A stretch of DNA of 64,000 bases from Eledone cirrhosa (lineage: Eukaryota): assembly GCA_964016885.1 (NCBI GenBank), contig OZ024747.1, positions 14,508,001 to 14,572,000 on the forward strand, read 5' to 3'. Shown here piece after piece: positions 44,091 to 58,579 of this stretch. Below the pieces are notes generated by a model. That model saw only the letters and a program-made list of their open reading frames with translations, made no database searches and was not told where the DNA came from. A program made the position numbers and the translations under genes. Within the stretch, counting starts at the first letter, position 1. Every line of letters begins with the position of its first letter.

Positions 44091-44923
44091 AATATATAAT
44101 TGTGTGTGTGTGTGTGTGTGTGTGCATGTGTGTATATATATATATGTGTCTGTGTGGAAATGACTGTGCGTGTGAGTGATGCTTTGTGCCGGGGTGTGCA
44201 TTTCCTTAATCAATGAGGGATAGTAAATATAACTGATAACATTGGCATCTCTTGTAAAGATATTTCACTGTTTTCCTCCGCCATTGTCCATTTTATATAT
44301 TTTCTATGCAATTTCTTCTTTCTAATACATTTCAAAGTCTTTGTATGTGGACAGAAGCTGGAAATGATATCCTTTTGCTAAAACTGCCTTTAAATTGCGA
44401 ATAGATCTTTAGAATGACCCAGTATATCTCCTTTAGCAGAGCTTATCATGCTGTGCCTGCATCTAAGCTCACACAATGGAAACCAATTTCACTTTAGAAG
44501 TTTGGGTGTACACATCTGTAGGCAATCCATTAATGGATGATTTTTGATAACTGTTTCATGTAAGACGGAAGAATTTAAGGTATATTGATAATTATCGTCC
44601 GCTGCGGTCTTCTGTATGACCCACCTATCCCGAAATCAATAATACCTCTTTTCCGTTCATTTATACCTCACTGTTTCTTTCTAGTATATCCTCACACATG
44701 CACAGATACACAGATAAGCATACACTCACACATGCACATACACATAGATATACATATACATATACAATTATACATAAACGCATTTACATATAAACGTACG
44801 CATACATATACACGCATTCAATTAGACATATACTGATTCTCATATACACACGCATATTATACGTCCACCCATCAAGCCATCCACTTATATGTACATATAT
44901 ATATACATTTATATATACACACG

Positions 44924-45015
<92 letters not shown>

Positions 45016-45335
45016 AATATATATATTTATATATATATATACTTACATACATATATACACACGCATATACCTATACACACATTCACCAACTCACCTAATC
45101 ACACACATACACATAATCATACATCATTTCTCAGATTACATGCATACACACTGGTGTAATAAATGTTTGTCTATTCCTCTTTCTTGTCCCTTTTCATAGA
45201 ATCCTTATTTGAAATATTTCTAACACTACCGTGACCACCACATTCAGAACTGGCAATACTATTAGGAACAATACCAGCATAACAACTACAGCTGTCTCCA
45301 CAATTTCCCGCTGCTACAAGAATATGAAGAAGAAA

Positions 45336-45441
<106 letters not shown>

Positions 45442-45484
45442 GCGACATGAGTGTAGGTTCGATGGACAATGTCTTGTTGCTTTG

Positions 45485-45930
45485 AAGTCCCTATATGAAT
45501 GCCCTAGTGTTTGTGTTCGGATAATTGGTGCTTAAACGAAACTATTCTATGTGGGTGTCAAACTCCGCAAAGAGTACGTATTGTCACCTCTCTTGTTTAC
45601 AATTTTCATAAACATGATTGACATGCGTAACCAGGTTAGAGTAGTATGAAGCAGAGCTGCTGTAGAATCAATCAGCTAGAATTTACCGACTACATGGAGT
45701 TACTTAACTCGTTGGAAAGCGATTTCAGACACGGATAATTTTGCTGTCTTGTGCAGCATTGCTGGGATGAAAACAGTACAGTGAAGACTGAGATAATTGT
45801 CCTCTCAGATAAGCCTGTGCAGTGCACTCAATATGTGAGGGTAGCAGGTGGAGAAGAAGGCCAAACTATATTCAATTTAGTGTTCGTGCCTACCTTTACC
45901 CATGATCATGAATCTTGGGTAATGATCACT
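45485..45930 (+). pseudogene. RTE-like reverse transcriptase relic
   Basis: KSLYECPSVCVRI...VGVKLRKEYVLSPLLFTIFIN...QLEFTDYMELL...GMK-STVKTE...VFVPTFTHDHESWVM, i.e. decayed QGCVLSP, FADD and YGHE-W motifs. Confidence 0.7.
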
Positions 45931-46350
45931 TTATTTTACAGATCAACAACGAAAGTGTAAAAGACGAAGAGGGGCTTAGTGTGATTTTTTCTCAGACCAC
46001 AAACGCTCCAAACGAATACTAAAACGCATTTTGTCAGTTTCTCTAACGGTTTTAACAATTAATCGCCCAAATTATTATGGTTTCTGATTCTGGCACAAAG
46101 ACAGATAATTAGGGAGGGAGAGTAAGTCGACTATATCTAGCCTAGTGTTTCATTCCTCTGAATCATGGAATGATAAATAACAAAATCTCGAAGGCATTTG
46201 ACTTCAGAATGGAAAGATCCAGAACATATAGCATAAATGATCTTGTTTGACGCTCTAACGATTCGGCCAGCCAAATAATGCTACTAACAGTAAAAGTAGT
46301 AGCTAAAAATTATATTTAAAATCTTGTGTCTCTATATTGATAGTAATGTT

Positions 46351-46480
46351 TTTAAATTTTCCCCATTTACAAAACAAATTCATAGACAACGCTACTTTCA
46401 TCCAACGTACCAATAAGGAAACACATTCCATTAATAAATTTCAACCACTACTCAATGCTATAAAGATAGGACCAATCTAA
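46351..46480 (+). pseudogene. Penelope-like GIY-YIG endonuclease C-terminal relic
   Basis: With two small indels the sequence reads FKIFPIYKFIDNATFIQRTNKETHSINKFQPLLN (R-x2-KE...I-x-KF-x-P-x-LN pattern). Hammerheads follow on the same strand. Confidence 0.6.
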
Positions 46481-47179
46481 AACTGCAACAAACCATCAAA
46501 CATTTACAAGAGTTACCTCCCTCACACCCTACCTAATCCTTTTTCTTAAATAAATTAAATAGAATTGCTTCCATCTGCATATTAACTTTCTAAAAAGGGA
46601 AATCATATCCAACCTCAGTCCACCATTTGCCTCCATCACAGAACCATGGTTCAACTAAGCACTCTAGCTATATTAATACATTTTGATCTGCTTAACTTCA
46701 ATGACTGTGCTTGTAAATGACATTATTTTTTCTTCCACATTGACTTTTTACGTTCCACATTATGCACGGTTTTTTCCTTTTTCTTTTTTCTTTTCACTTC
46801 TTAAACCTTGTTTGTAAATAACATTATTCTTTCTGCATCTTCTGTTTAACATGTGCGACACCACACTAATACATTTCACTATCATTTGATAATGCATATA
46901 ACTGCTGAAACCGGTAATAGACAATAATTAAATATATAAATAGATATAAATAAATGCCATTGTTAAATAATAAATAAATCAACTAATACCTTAACACTCC
47001 ACACAAGATAAAACATTCCGTTTTAATCATTTTCTAACCCAGAAAAAAGAGAGAGAGAAACAAAAAAGGAAAAAAATATATTTTTCTTCCTCATAATCGT
47101 CTCTTTCTCCCTGTTAGTTATGTATCTTTATCAATATTCTGAAGACTAGGATTATAATTACTTGTTTACACATTATGTA

Positions 47180-47226
47180 TGCTCTGATGATATCAGACTT
47201 TCGTCTGGAAGAAACAGTTGTCAGCA
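47180..47226 (+). ncRNA. Minimal type I hammerhead ribozyme in Penelope 3' region
   Basis: TGCT-CTGATGA-TaTCAGAC tttc GTCTGGaA-GAAA-C-AGTT-G-TC^AGCA; GUC triplet. Decayed hammerheads also at about 46880-46920 and 47333-47370. Confidence 0.8.
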
Positions 47227-47504
47227 ATTAAAAGTATTAAACTAAAATTTGATTGTTTTATATTTTTTATTTTGTGTTTTGTATATATATATTAGATTAA
47301 AGCAAACATCACGAGCTCTCTATCTCAAAATTATTTTTGAAAAGCATTAGAAATGCGCAACCGGTAAAAACTTAATACTAAAACTGAATACTAACCAATA
47401 CTTATTACTTATTACTAATTTATACTTATTCCTAATTAAACTATTTTTCACTGTGAAAAATTTGTCAGCATTTTCTTTTCATTTTTACTAATATATATAT
47501 ATAT

Positions 47505-48250
47505 ATAAACGGAAAAAATGAAACGAAATTTCATTTCCCACTCTTAGTACGGCTGTTACTTAAATATAAGTATGTACACGTACATACATATATGTATACA
47601 GATGTACAGTAGTATATATATATATATATATACATACATGCACACATATATATATGTACGTATGGATTCACCAAACATTTATTATAATGCTCGGTGTGTT
47701 TGTAAACAAACATCCCGTATTAAGCCGTAGTGTCTAGCAACCACCGTTGCTCGTTTGTTCAACACCGACAAAGGAACGCTGTACAAGTTTCAAGCTTGTT
47801 AGCTATCATCAGCAACGTATACCTTCCTGCCAGATGGTTGAACGTCCGAAAGTATATATTTTCTTTATGCATATTAACGGCTGAGTAGCCCAATTTGCAT
47901 ATCGAGTGGGTTAATCGGCCGGGTGCACCGAAAAGGATAAACGGAAAAAATGAAACGAAATTTCATTTCCCACTCTTAGTACGGCTGTTACTTAAATATA
48001 AGTATGTACACGTACATACATATATGTATACAGATGTACAGTAGTATGTATATATATATATACATACATGCACACATATATATATGTACGTATGGATTCA
48101 CCAAACATTTATTATAATGCTCGGTGTGTTTGTAAACAAACATCCCGTATTGGTGAATCCATACGTACATATATATATGTGTGCATGTATGTATATATAT
48201 ATATACATACTACTGTACATCTGTATACATATATGTATGTACGTGTACAT
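47505..48250 (-). mobile_element. Retrozyme-like element: 1.5 copies of a ~431-bp monomer plus inverted arm
   Basis: 47505-47721 is repeated at 47937-48151; 48150-48250 is the reverse complement of about 48003-48104. No ORF; flanked by (TA)n; contains a hammerhead. Confidence 0.7.
47776..47818 (-). ncRNA. Minimal type I hammerhead ribozyme
   Basis: Minus strand: ACGTTG-CTGATGA-t-AGCT aaca AGCT-t-GAAA-C-TT-G-TA^CAGCGT. Stem I can extend by AAGG/CCTT (47771-74, 47822-25). Confidence 0.8.
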
Positions 48251-48251
48251 A

Positions 48252-48443
<192 letters not shown>

Positions 48444-48784
48444 ACGCGTTGAACTTACATCAGTTTCAACTATGTGTGATCCAGCTGTATAATCAACGAA
48501 ACGGCCTGCTCGTGAAATTAATGTGAAAGTAACAGACCAGTCCCCTGAAACGTGTGCACTTAACATATTTCTTAGGGAGATTCAGATTGATATAGTGTGT
48601 GACATGGCTGCTCAATATGAATCATATGTACAGTTCATCCAATGGGTCTCCTAACAGTTTCCGTTTCTCAAATTTCTCCTAACAGAGTATTTGTCAACAC
48701 ATGACTTCACTAAATGACTCTTGCCCAATATGTCTAACAATAGGATTGAACTTAAGACGTTATGATTGCTAACCGAACTCCTTA

Positions 48785-49003
48785 ATAATGATTTCTACTA
48801 TAGGCACAAGGTCAGCAATTTTGGGGGCAGAGGAAAGTCGACGAAATTGACCCCAGTCTATTATGGGTACTTTATTTTATCGACCCGGTAAGGATGAAAG
48901 GCAAAGTTACCCACGGCGGGATTTTAACTCAGACCGTAAAGGGCCGTAACTCTATGCAGCAATGCATGCTGTCCGACTCTCTACCGATACTGCCAATCCA
49001 CCG
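48785..49003 (-). mobile_element. Nin/Deu SINE, long variant
   Basis: Consensus match. Confidence 0.88.
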
Positions 49004-49225
49004 GCTTTCTAACTTCTTAATAATCCGACCAATCTGAGTCCATATACATACATACACAGAGCTATATACACACATACACACACACATGCACACACGCACG
49101 CACACACACGTACACGCACACGAACACACGAACACACAGACATATATACACTCACATACACACACGCATAGATAAATATATATGTGTATGCATTTGTGGA
49201 TGTGTATGTTTGTGCATGTGTGTGT

Positions 49226-49298
<73 letters not shown>

Positions 49299-49416
49299 TG
49301 TGTGTGATTTGTTGAATGCCTGTATCAAAGGAATATTGTTAAGTTCCTTTTTTAAATACATATTTTTAACCATAATAAAAAGCGAACGTTGCCGCTAGAA
49401 TATATGTATACACGTG

Positions 49417-49483
<67 letters not shown>

Positions 49484-49518
49484 TGGGGGGCGACAGAAAT
49501 AGAGAGAGAAGAAGGGTG

Positions 49519-49552
<34 letters not shown>

Positions 49553-50017
49553 GGGGGGGAGAAAGAAATAGAGAGAGAAGAAGGGTGATATATATATATA
49601 TATATATATATATACACGCTCTTTGGTGTGTATATTGAGATAAATCTTCCTACCCACTCACCAATTTATTATTTCTTCTAAGACCATGAATAATACGTTA
49701 TGTATTAAATCGTAAATCGACTGCTGAGACTTGGTATGACTTACGAGGATAAAAAATGCTTTGTTTTGGGGGGGCTTTTTGCAATACAAAATGAATATTC
49801 TTTGTTGTTTCCCAAAAGTTACTCTTTAGGAAAGCATATCAAAAGATTGATATTTTTTTCAATTACAAAACACCCATGTATTCTTGTTTCTCCATTTTGA
49901 TCGAATTCGTACACATGTTAATACAAACCTACTTATCGTAATATATTTTATACACATAAATACCCTCACACACAAATGCACGATCTCTCACACACAAATA
50001 TATACACATACACACGA

Positions 50018-50100
<83 letters not shown>

Positions 50101-50113
50101 TATATATATACCG

Positions 50114-50151
<38 letters not shown>

Positions 50152-50152
50152 A

Positions 50153-50528
50153 GAGGTTATATTTAATTTGTTGGGATACAACAAGCAAATATTTTTATAA
50201 CTGATATAAAGCACTCAACACATTATTGGAGTAAAAATACAATGTATTAACAAATGGAAAGTATATTTATAAAACCATATTTATTTCATTATACATATTT
50301 CAAGGACACCAAAGCAAAATTATGGTGCGCTTTCATCAGACAAAATATAATATAATATACTATCCGGGAGCTTCTAACCGACATGGTCGCATTCTTTAAG
50401 GGTATGTCAATATTTGTTTATAAAACTGACATATATTATATTTTGTCTGATGAAAGCGCACCATAATTTTGCTTTGGTGTCTTTGAAATATGTATGGTTT
50501 TATAAATATAGTTTCCATTTGTTAATAT
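50153..50528 (-). mobile_element. Family A element: main arm (minus, 50153-50356) with head-to-head inverted arm (plus, 50358-50528)
   Basis: Both arms contain the family A hammerhead; the plus-arm copy has lost the 3' strand of stem I by deletion. Confidence 0.8.
50282..50347 (-). ncRNA. Minimal type I hammerhead ribozyme, family A
   Basis: Minus strand: TATTTTGT-CTGATGA-AAG c GCACCA...TGGTGT c CTT-GAAA-T-ATGT-A-TA^ATGAAATA. Confidence 0.75.
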
Positions 50529-50554
50529 ATTGTATAAATATATATATGTATATA

Positions 50555-50721
50555 TAGGAAAAGAGTCAGAACCCCGTCGGCTGAGCTCCTGCCGTTTCGA
50601 CAGGCCGGAGCTCAGCCGTCGGGGTCCTGACTCTTTTCTTATTACCCACTCTACAACGCTAAGTATCGAGTACTCTGGTGCGTTATGGTCCACCTGGTAT
50701 CGTACCATACCCTCTTTGTTA
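50555..50721 (+). mobile_element. Family B fold-back element
   Basis: Homologous to the other family B copies; inverted arms GAAAAGAGTCAG / CTGACTCTTTTC. Confidence 0.8.
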
Positions 50722-51261
50722 TATGTATATATATATATATAGATATATACATGTAGGTGTGTGTGTGTGTGTGTATGTGTGTGTGTATGTGTGTGCATCT
50801 ATACATAGAAGTATCGGTAATATTTCACACTTCCATGCTTCATCTGAAAGATATAGAAAAGGTGACAGTGGCATAGTCGATAAGAGAATAATGAGAGTAT
50901 ATGGAAAAAAAGAAAGTATAACATATTAAGGATACAATAGGAATGAGGATGTCTTTTAATTAGCATTAGAAGTGGATGTTTAAGCATTCATATATGCGTG
51001 TATGCACGATTGCATGAAAGCATTTGTTAGTTTCGCGTGGGTCATTTTCTGATGTTAGTGTATGTGCGTGTCTGTTTGTTGTGTATTTACAAAGTCGGCA
51101 AGTGGGGTGTTTCAGCCCTTGTCTACCCTCCGAGTCATTATGGGGTTTGAGGGCGAGGGAAGTCCTACGCAATCTGTGTTTGCATGCAGTTACCAGTTCG
51201 TCTTTCTTGTTTAGGAGTTGGTCCGTCGAAAACAGCATTTGTAATATTTCCTCCGTTTCCT

Positions 51262-51612
<351 letters not shown>

Positions 51613-51741
51613 TTATATATATATATATATACACATATACATATACATATATATATATATATATATATAAACATATACATATACATATATATATATATAA
51701 TGGATAGACTATTTCGTCCTCTCTGGTTATAGAGGAGTCAT

Positions 51742-51965
51742 CCTGTGAAGGCGTATGGGCTTCGTCGTTAAATCATTGGACTTGCAATCGAAAGGTTGTG
51801 AGTTCTATTCTCGGACCGGGCGATGTGTTGTTTCCTTGAGCAAGACACCTTATTTCACGTTGCTCCAGTTTATTCAGCTGTAGAAATGAATACCGCCCTG
51901 CTCGCTCAGCCAGTGATATGGCGTTATCCTATGGCTAAAACAGCACGACATGCTGTGATCAGCGG
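51742..51965 (+). mobile_element. Second SINE family copy
   Basis: GGACCGGGCGATGTGTTGTTTCCTTGAGCAAGACAC core with degenerate A and B boxes. Confidence 0.75.
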
Positions 51966-51990
51966 TCATGGTGATATATAGATATATATA

Positions 51991-52332
<342 letters not shown>

Positions 52333-52334
52333 AC

Positions 52335-52380
<46 letters not shown>

Positions 52381-53405
52381 CGCGGGAGTGAGTATGCGCT
52401 TGCTTTACGCTAGATGTATTTATGTACGAAATGCGAAGTCTGAAGGTATTAGTTTAAGGTACTTATAATATAGAAGAGGAAAGTAAAAATTGTTGATAAT
52501 ATTAGATTTTATGTACTGTTGGTATCTACATTTATCAAAGCAAGTTACAGACTTGGGTAAATGAAATGTTTCTTTAAAAACAAACCTCCTTTCGGCATTT
52601 ATAATACTTTCGCTAATAACCATAATACCATCTTCTATTAGTTTGCTGTTCACTTCTGACCTTGTTGAAATTACTTCATATTTTATGTTTCTCACACTAA
52701 AACAATAATAGTTATTTACAGACGAAAAGGTTTTCATTTAATATAGCTTACTATATTATTAGAATCTACTGTGTGTTTATCGTTCCTGTTGCTTGCTTTT
52801 GTTTTCTTTTTGTTCAGGTGCCTCGTATGCCTTAAAAATGTGAGGGGGACAAACGAACGTTTGTTGATTCTTAAAGGAGCATGTTAATCTTGCTTATGGT
52901 GCCCTATCACATAAGTAAAATTTTACGCTAATTAAATTTTATATATTCAAATGAAGTTCGGATATAAAAAAATAAGCTTAAAAATAATTTATTATATCAA
53001 ATAAACAAAACATAGACGTTTGAAAAAGTGGTCGGGGTGACTTGTCGCCTGGTACCAGCCTAAAACAAGACCAGGGACTGCAACACAAATTGTGTTGCAG
53101 TTTGTGGTCTGATTTTTAGCGGGATATTGAGTTATGGCTAGGTAATACGGATATCACTGTTATCTAATTTTGTCATAGTTATCACACACATACACATATA
53201 TGCTTCTTCCCACGTATAGAGTACTAAGTATTGTGACAATTATAAAGCTTTAAATATTTTAAGAACCCTTACCTATCATCACAATTTTTTATATATGCAC
53301 TATGTTATATATGTCACCTTTTCTTCTGCTCTTAGATGATATTTTTCTATAGGTCTACATACAATTGACATAAACCCATTGAGCTTAAATATATTATTGA
53401 CTGCA

Positions 53406-53502
<97 letters not shown>

Positions 53503-54077
53503 TGTTAATGCATCCATTTAGGTACTTTCTACTTGCATGTTATATATATGCATACACAGGCACATATATATATATATGAAGATGCACATATATATGAAGA
53601 TATACATATATATGTATTTATATAATATACATATAAATATATATGTACATATATATCAAGAACACATCTCTCACCCCTGTATTCTATAATGAATTAATAT
53701 CAATATTCCGCTAGCTACGGGATTTTTTCATTAATTGAACTTTATTCACTTAATATTACGCTAATAACTTTCAAATACCATTATAACTGAAATTATTTTG
53801 TATCCTCCTCTATTCTGGCCTATTTCTCTGGGCCAGTCCATTTTCCTTTTCTGGCCCTGAAGCGACCATAATCTTCTTATTTACTTGTTGTTTCCTTCGT
53901 AAAAAATGTTTCTTGAATTTCCATTTCCCATGTGCTGAATAAAAAAAAATATATTTACGCATTTATATACCTTATTGACATTTACTATCTGTTTTTTTTT
54001 TCTATTTTCTATTTTTTCATAACTGTATCTATATCTACATTTATGTTCTTATTCCTCTCGTGCTAGATCTGTCTCTG

Positions 54078-54114
<37 letters not shown>

Positions 54115-54121
54115 GTATATA

Positions 54122-54445
54122 TAATTGTTTCTACTTTAGGCACAAGGCCAGCAATTACCCAGTGCATTACTGGTACTTTATTTTATCGACCCCGTAAGGA
54201 TGAAAGGCAAAGTCAACCTCGGCGGGATTTGAACTCAGATCATAAAGGGACGTAACTATGCTGGAAAGCATGGCGTCCGACCCTCTACCGATACTCCCAA
54301 TGATTTCTAGTACAGGCACAAGGCCAATAATGATGGTAGGCAAAGTTAACCTCGGTAGGATTTGAACTCAGACCGTAAAAGGGCGTAACTCTATGCTGCA
54401 AAGCATAGCGTCCGACCCTCTACTGATACTGCCAATCCACCGCCC
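54122..54445 (-). mobile_element. Two Nin/Deu SINE copies
   Basis: Consensus matches; the second is internally deleted. Confidence 0.85.
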
Positions 54446-54828
54446 TATATATATATAATGAATAAATAAATAACGAATGTTGAATACACGATTTGATGGA
54501 TTTACACGCCTTTCTATCAAAGACAGAAGGAAATAGCATCTTTCTAATGTATTGAAGTCTTCAGAATCGTTGAGTAATACCAACCAAATGTCCGAATATC
54601 TCCAAACGCGAAACATTTCGAAAACGTATAAATGTAGTCGGCAAAAACTTTTGAAAATTATGTGCGTTTAGCCTTCCATAAGATTTAACAGTTTCCCGAC
54701 AACATGTAAAATTGTTTAGGTTTTCTTGTTTGGCGACATTCAGTAATTAAACTCATTAAATCTATATCCATATATTAATTATATATATGATATATGTATT
54801 ATGTAGGTGATTAGCATTTCCTTCGCAA

Positions 54829-55213
54829 ATAATTGTTTCTATTTTTGCCACAAGACCAGCATTACTGGTGCTTTATTTTTATCGCCCCCGTAAGGATGAA
54901 AGGCAAAGTTAACCTCGGTGGGATTTGAACTCATATTGTAAAGGGACGTAACTCTATGCTGCAAAGCATAGCGTTCGACTCCCTACCGATACTGCTAATC
55001 CACCGCCCATTTCCTTCGCAAATAATTGTTTCTACTTTTGGCACAAGGCCAGTAATTACCCAGTGCATTACTGGTACTTTGTTTTATCGCCCCCGTAAGG
55101 ATGAAAGGCGAAGTTAACCTCGGCGGGATTTGAGCTCATACCGTAAAAGGGCGTAACTCTATGCTGAAAAGCATAGCGTCCGACTGCCTACCGATACTGC
55201 CAATCCACCGCCC
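54829..55213 (-). mobile_element. Tandem pair of Nin/Deu SINEs bounded by repeated CATTTCCTTCG
   Basis: CATTTCCTTCG occurs before, between and after the two copies. Confidence 0.88.
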
Positions 55214-56533
55214 ATTTCCTTCGTTAAATATCTCAGGGAATACACCGCCTATTTGTTTCGTTAAATATCTCAGGGAATACACCGCCTATTTGCTTCGTTA
55301 AATATCTCAGGGAATATACCGCCTATTTGCTTCGTTAAATATCTCAGGGAATACACCGCCTATTTGCTTCGTTAAATATCTCAGGGAATACACCGCCTAT
55401 TTGCTTCGTTAAATATCTCAGGGAATACACCGCCTATTTGCTTCGTTAAATATCTCAGGGAATATACCGCCTATTTGCTTCGTTAAATATCTCAGGGAAT
55501 ACACCGCCTATTTGCTTCGTTAAATATCTCAGGGAATATACCGCCTATTTGCTTCGTTAAATATCTCAGGGAATACACCGCCTATTTGCTTCGTTAAATA
55601 TCTCAGGGAATACACCGCCTATTTGCTTCGTTAAATATCTCAGGGAATACACCGCCTATTTGCTTCGTTAAATATCTCAGGGAATACACCGCCTATTTGC
55701 TTCGTTAAATATCTCAGGGAATACACCGCCTATTTGCTTCGTTAAATATCTCAGGGAATACACCGCCTATTTGCTTCGTTAAATATCTCAGGGAATACAC
55801 CGCCTATTTGTTTCGTTAAATATCTCAGGGAATACACCGCCTATTTGTTTCGTTAAATATCTCAGGGAATATACCGCCTATTTGCTTCGTTAAATATCTC
55901 AGGGAATATACCGCCTATTTGCTTCGTTAAATATCTCAGGGAATATACCGCCTATTTGCTTCGTTAAATATCTCAGGGAATATACCGCCTATTTGCTTCG
56001 TTAAATATCTCAGGGAATACAGCGCCTATTTGTTTCGTTAAATATCTCAGGGAATACACCGCCTATTTGCTTCGTTAAATATCTCAGGGAATACACCGCC
56101 CATTTCCTTCGTTAAATATCTCAGGGAATACACCGCCTATTTGCTTCGTTAAATATCTCAGGGAATACACCGCCCATTTCCTTCGTTAAATATCTCAGGG
56201 AATACACCGCCTATTTGCTTCGTTAAATATCTCAGGGAATACACCGCCTATTTGTTTCGTTAAATATCTCAGGGAATACACCGCCTATTTGCTTCGTTAA
56301 ATATCTCAGGGAATACACCGCCTATTTGCTTCGTTAAATATCTCAGGGAATATACCGCCTATTTGCTTCGTTAAATATCTCAGGGAATACACCGCCTATT
56401 TGCTTCGTTAAATATCTCAGGGAATATACCGCCTATTTGCTTCGTTAAATATCTCAGGGAATATACCGCCTATTTGCTTCGTTAAATATCTCAGGGAATA
56501 CATCTCAGGGAATACATATATCTCTGGGAATAC
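55207..56533 (+). repeat. 37-bp minisatellite, ~35 units
   Basis: Unit CCGCCTATTTGCTTCGTTAAATATCTCAGGGAATACA, head-to-tail with no spacers. Confidence 0.97.
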
Positions 56534-56797
56534 TTATAAATCACTAAGCCCTTTACAAAGACTTGTAAGAAATTATTCTCATTTTCTATGTATACATATG
56601 TCACTCAGCTGTCACCCTTGTCATTGTATGAAATATATCTTATGCATATTTGGAGGTTGAGGATGTAGTGTATTGAATTAATGGACCATACAAATATTAC
56701 TTATTTTCAGTGCTGAGAATGAGGATTTGCCGGCTTAGTCTAGCCTATCAGTCAGTTATTTACTCAATTCTTCCAAGTATTATAATAACTGACTAAA

Positions 56798-57277
56798 GGG
56801 CAGTGGATTGGTAGTATCGGTAGAGGGTCGGACACCATGCTTTGTAGCATAGAGTTACGTCCCTTTGCGATTTGAGTTCAAATCCCACCGAGGTTAACCT
56901 TTCATCCTTATGGGGATCGATAAAATAAAGTACCAGTAATGCACTGGGATAATTGCTGGCCTTGTGTCAAAAAGTAGAAACAATTATTATAATTGTTTCT
57001 ACTTTTTGGCACAAGGCGAGCAAATAAACCAGTACATTACTGGTACTTTATTTTATCGACCCCGTAAGGATTAATGATTTCTAGTATAGGCACAAGACCA
57101 CTAATTTGCGGAGAGGGGAAAGTCGATTAAATCGACCCCAGTACGTTACTGGTGCTTTATTTTATCGACCCTGTAAAGATGAAAGGCAAAGTTAACCTTT
57201 GAACCCAGGCCGTAAAGGGCCGTAACTCTATGCCGCAAAGCATGGTGCCCGACTCTCTACTGATACTGCCAATCCAC
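56798..57277. mobile_element. Nin/Deu SINE (+, 56798-56985) tail-to-tail with two minus copies (56989-57070, 57073-57277)
   Basis: Consensus matches. Confidence 0.88.
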
Positions 57278-58579
57278 AATAACTGACTGTTTGGGAAGCT
57301 GACGCATCTAGTGTTTCAGACACCTTAGTATTAAAACACTGCTGCTATTGAAACCGAGAACACATAAGAATGAAACTCAGTATATGAAGGTATTAATTAA
57401 ATATATTGTTTTAACGTTAAACCAAACACCTCTCTGCATGTTTTGGATTTCTCTCCCCATCTCTGCTTCACTTACTTCCCAGACTTTTTAGTAGCTAGAA
57501 TCAACATACCTCTTTCTCTGAGAGAACTTAGCCAATCTTCTTTCCAGTTTATTTAGCGTTAAATTCCAGTTAATCTTCCAGCCTTCTCTAAAATAATTTG
57601 AAATATTTCCTTTTATTCAGCTTATAGCTTTTTATTCCTAACACGACACGCAAACTAACCTTTCCACTTCCCAGACCAGTTTTAAAATTCAAATATGGTT
57701 TTCCATAAATTCAGTATGATGGACTCAGCGAAGCCTTTTTCCTTTTCATTTTTCATGATTCTTTTAAATTTTATTTTACTTTATCGCGTACTTTCTAAAC
57801 AATTTTTCAATAGCATTTTTCTTCTTCAGCTCTGGTAGCTGAGTAATTTCTATAACGTTTTTCAAATGTCCTTCTTTATATGCTATATGTCTTGAGGTAC
57901 TCTTTTATTTCCCTATCAAAAAACGAGAATTCTTACGCAAGGTAAAGGCATCTAAATTCGTAGGAGATAAAAGAGAGGGTATAAAAAGCGAAGAAAACTG
58001 GAAAAGAAATAACAAAAATGCGAGTATGAAACGCTGAGTTAGCACTGAGAAGAAGAAGAAGAAGAAGAAGAAGAAGAAGAAGAAGAAGAAGAAGAAGAAG
58101 AAGAAGAAGAAGAAGAAGAAGAAGAAGAAGAAGAAGAAGAAGAAGAAGAAGAAGAAGAAGAAGAAGAAGAAGAATAGCTACATTTTTTTATATTCCCTTA
58201 CATTAAAATAATTAAGCTTGTAACAGTTTTACTTGAGATTTTCCAAACACTTTCATTATTTGTTTTAACAAAACATTGTGGAGGCTGGTATTTTAGGGAG
58301 TAATAAAAAATATCATGTCAAATGTAATATTTCTTGCTATTAATTAATTATAAGGAGGTTACTAACAAATCTTAAAACAATCCTTTAAAAATTTCTTTAG
58401 ATTTTAAGGTCATTCTTTTCCTTTAGGGGCTTGGAAACTAGTTGACATTTTTACTAATTATAATTGAATTTGATGTCAATATTATCAATATTTTTTGTTG
58501 TTGTTCTTATTGTTGTTGTAGTGGATGTGGTAGTGGGAGATATTGTTATTGCTGTAGTTCATCGTGTTTGTTTTATAAT

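Noticed and set aside
51703-51742. Minus-strand GATGA-TCCTCT/AGAGGA-GAAA-TAGTC hammerhead relic
   Set aside because: The core 5' end is missing, probably cut by the adjacent SINE, so it is not listed as a ribozyme.
52420-52737. 105-aa minus-strand ORF
   Set aside because: AT-rich with no recognisable domain or splice support.
55207-56533. CRISPR-like regular 37-bp repeats
   Set aside because: Units are head-to-tail with no unique spacers, there are no cas genes, and the context is eukaryotic.
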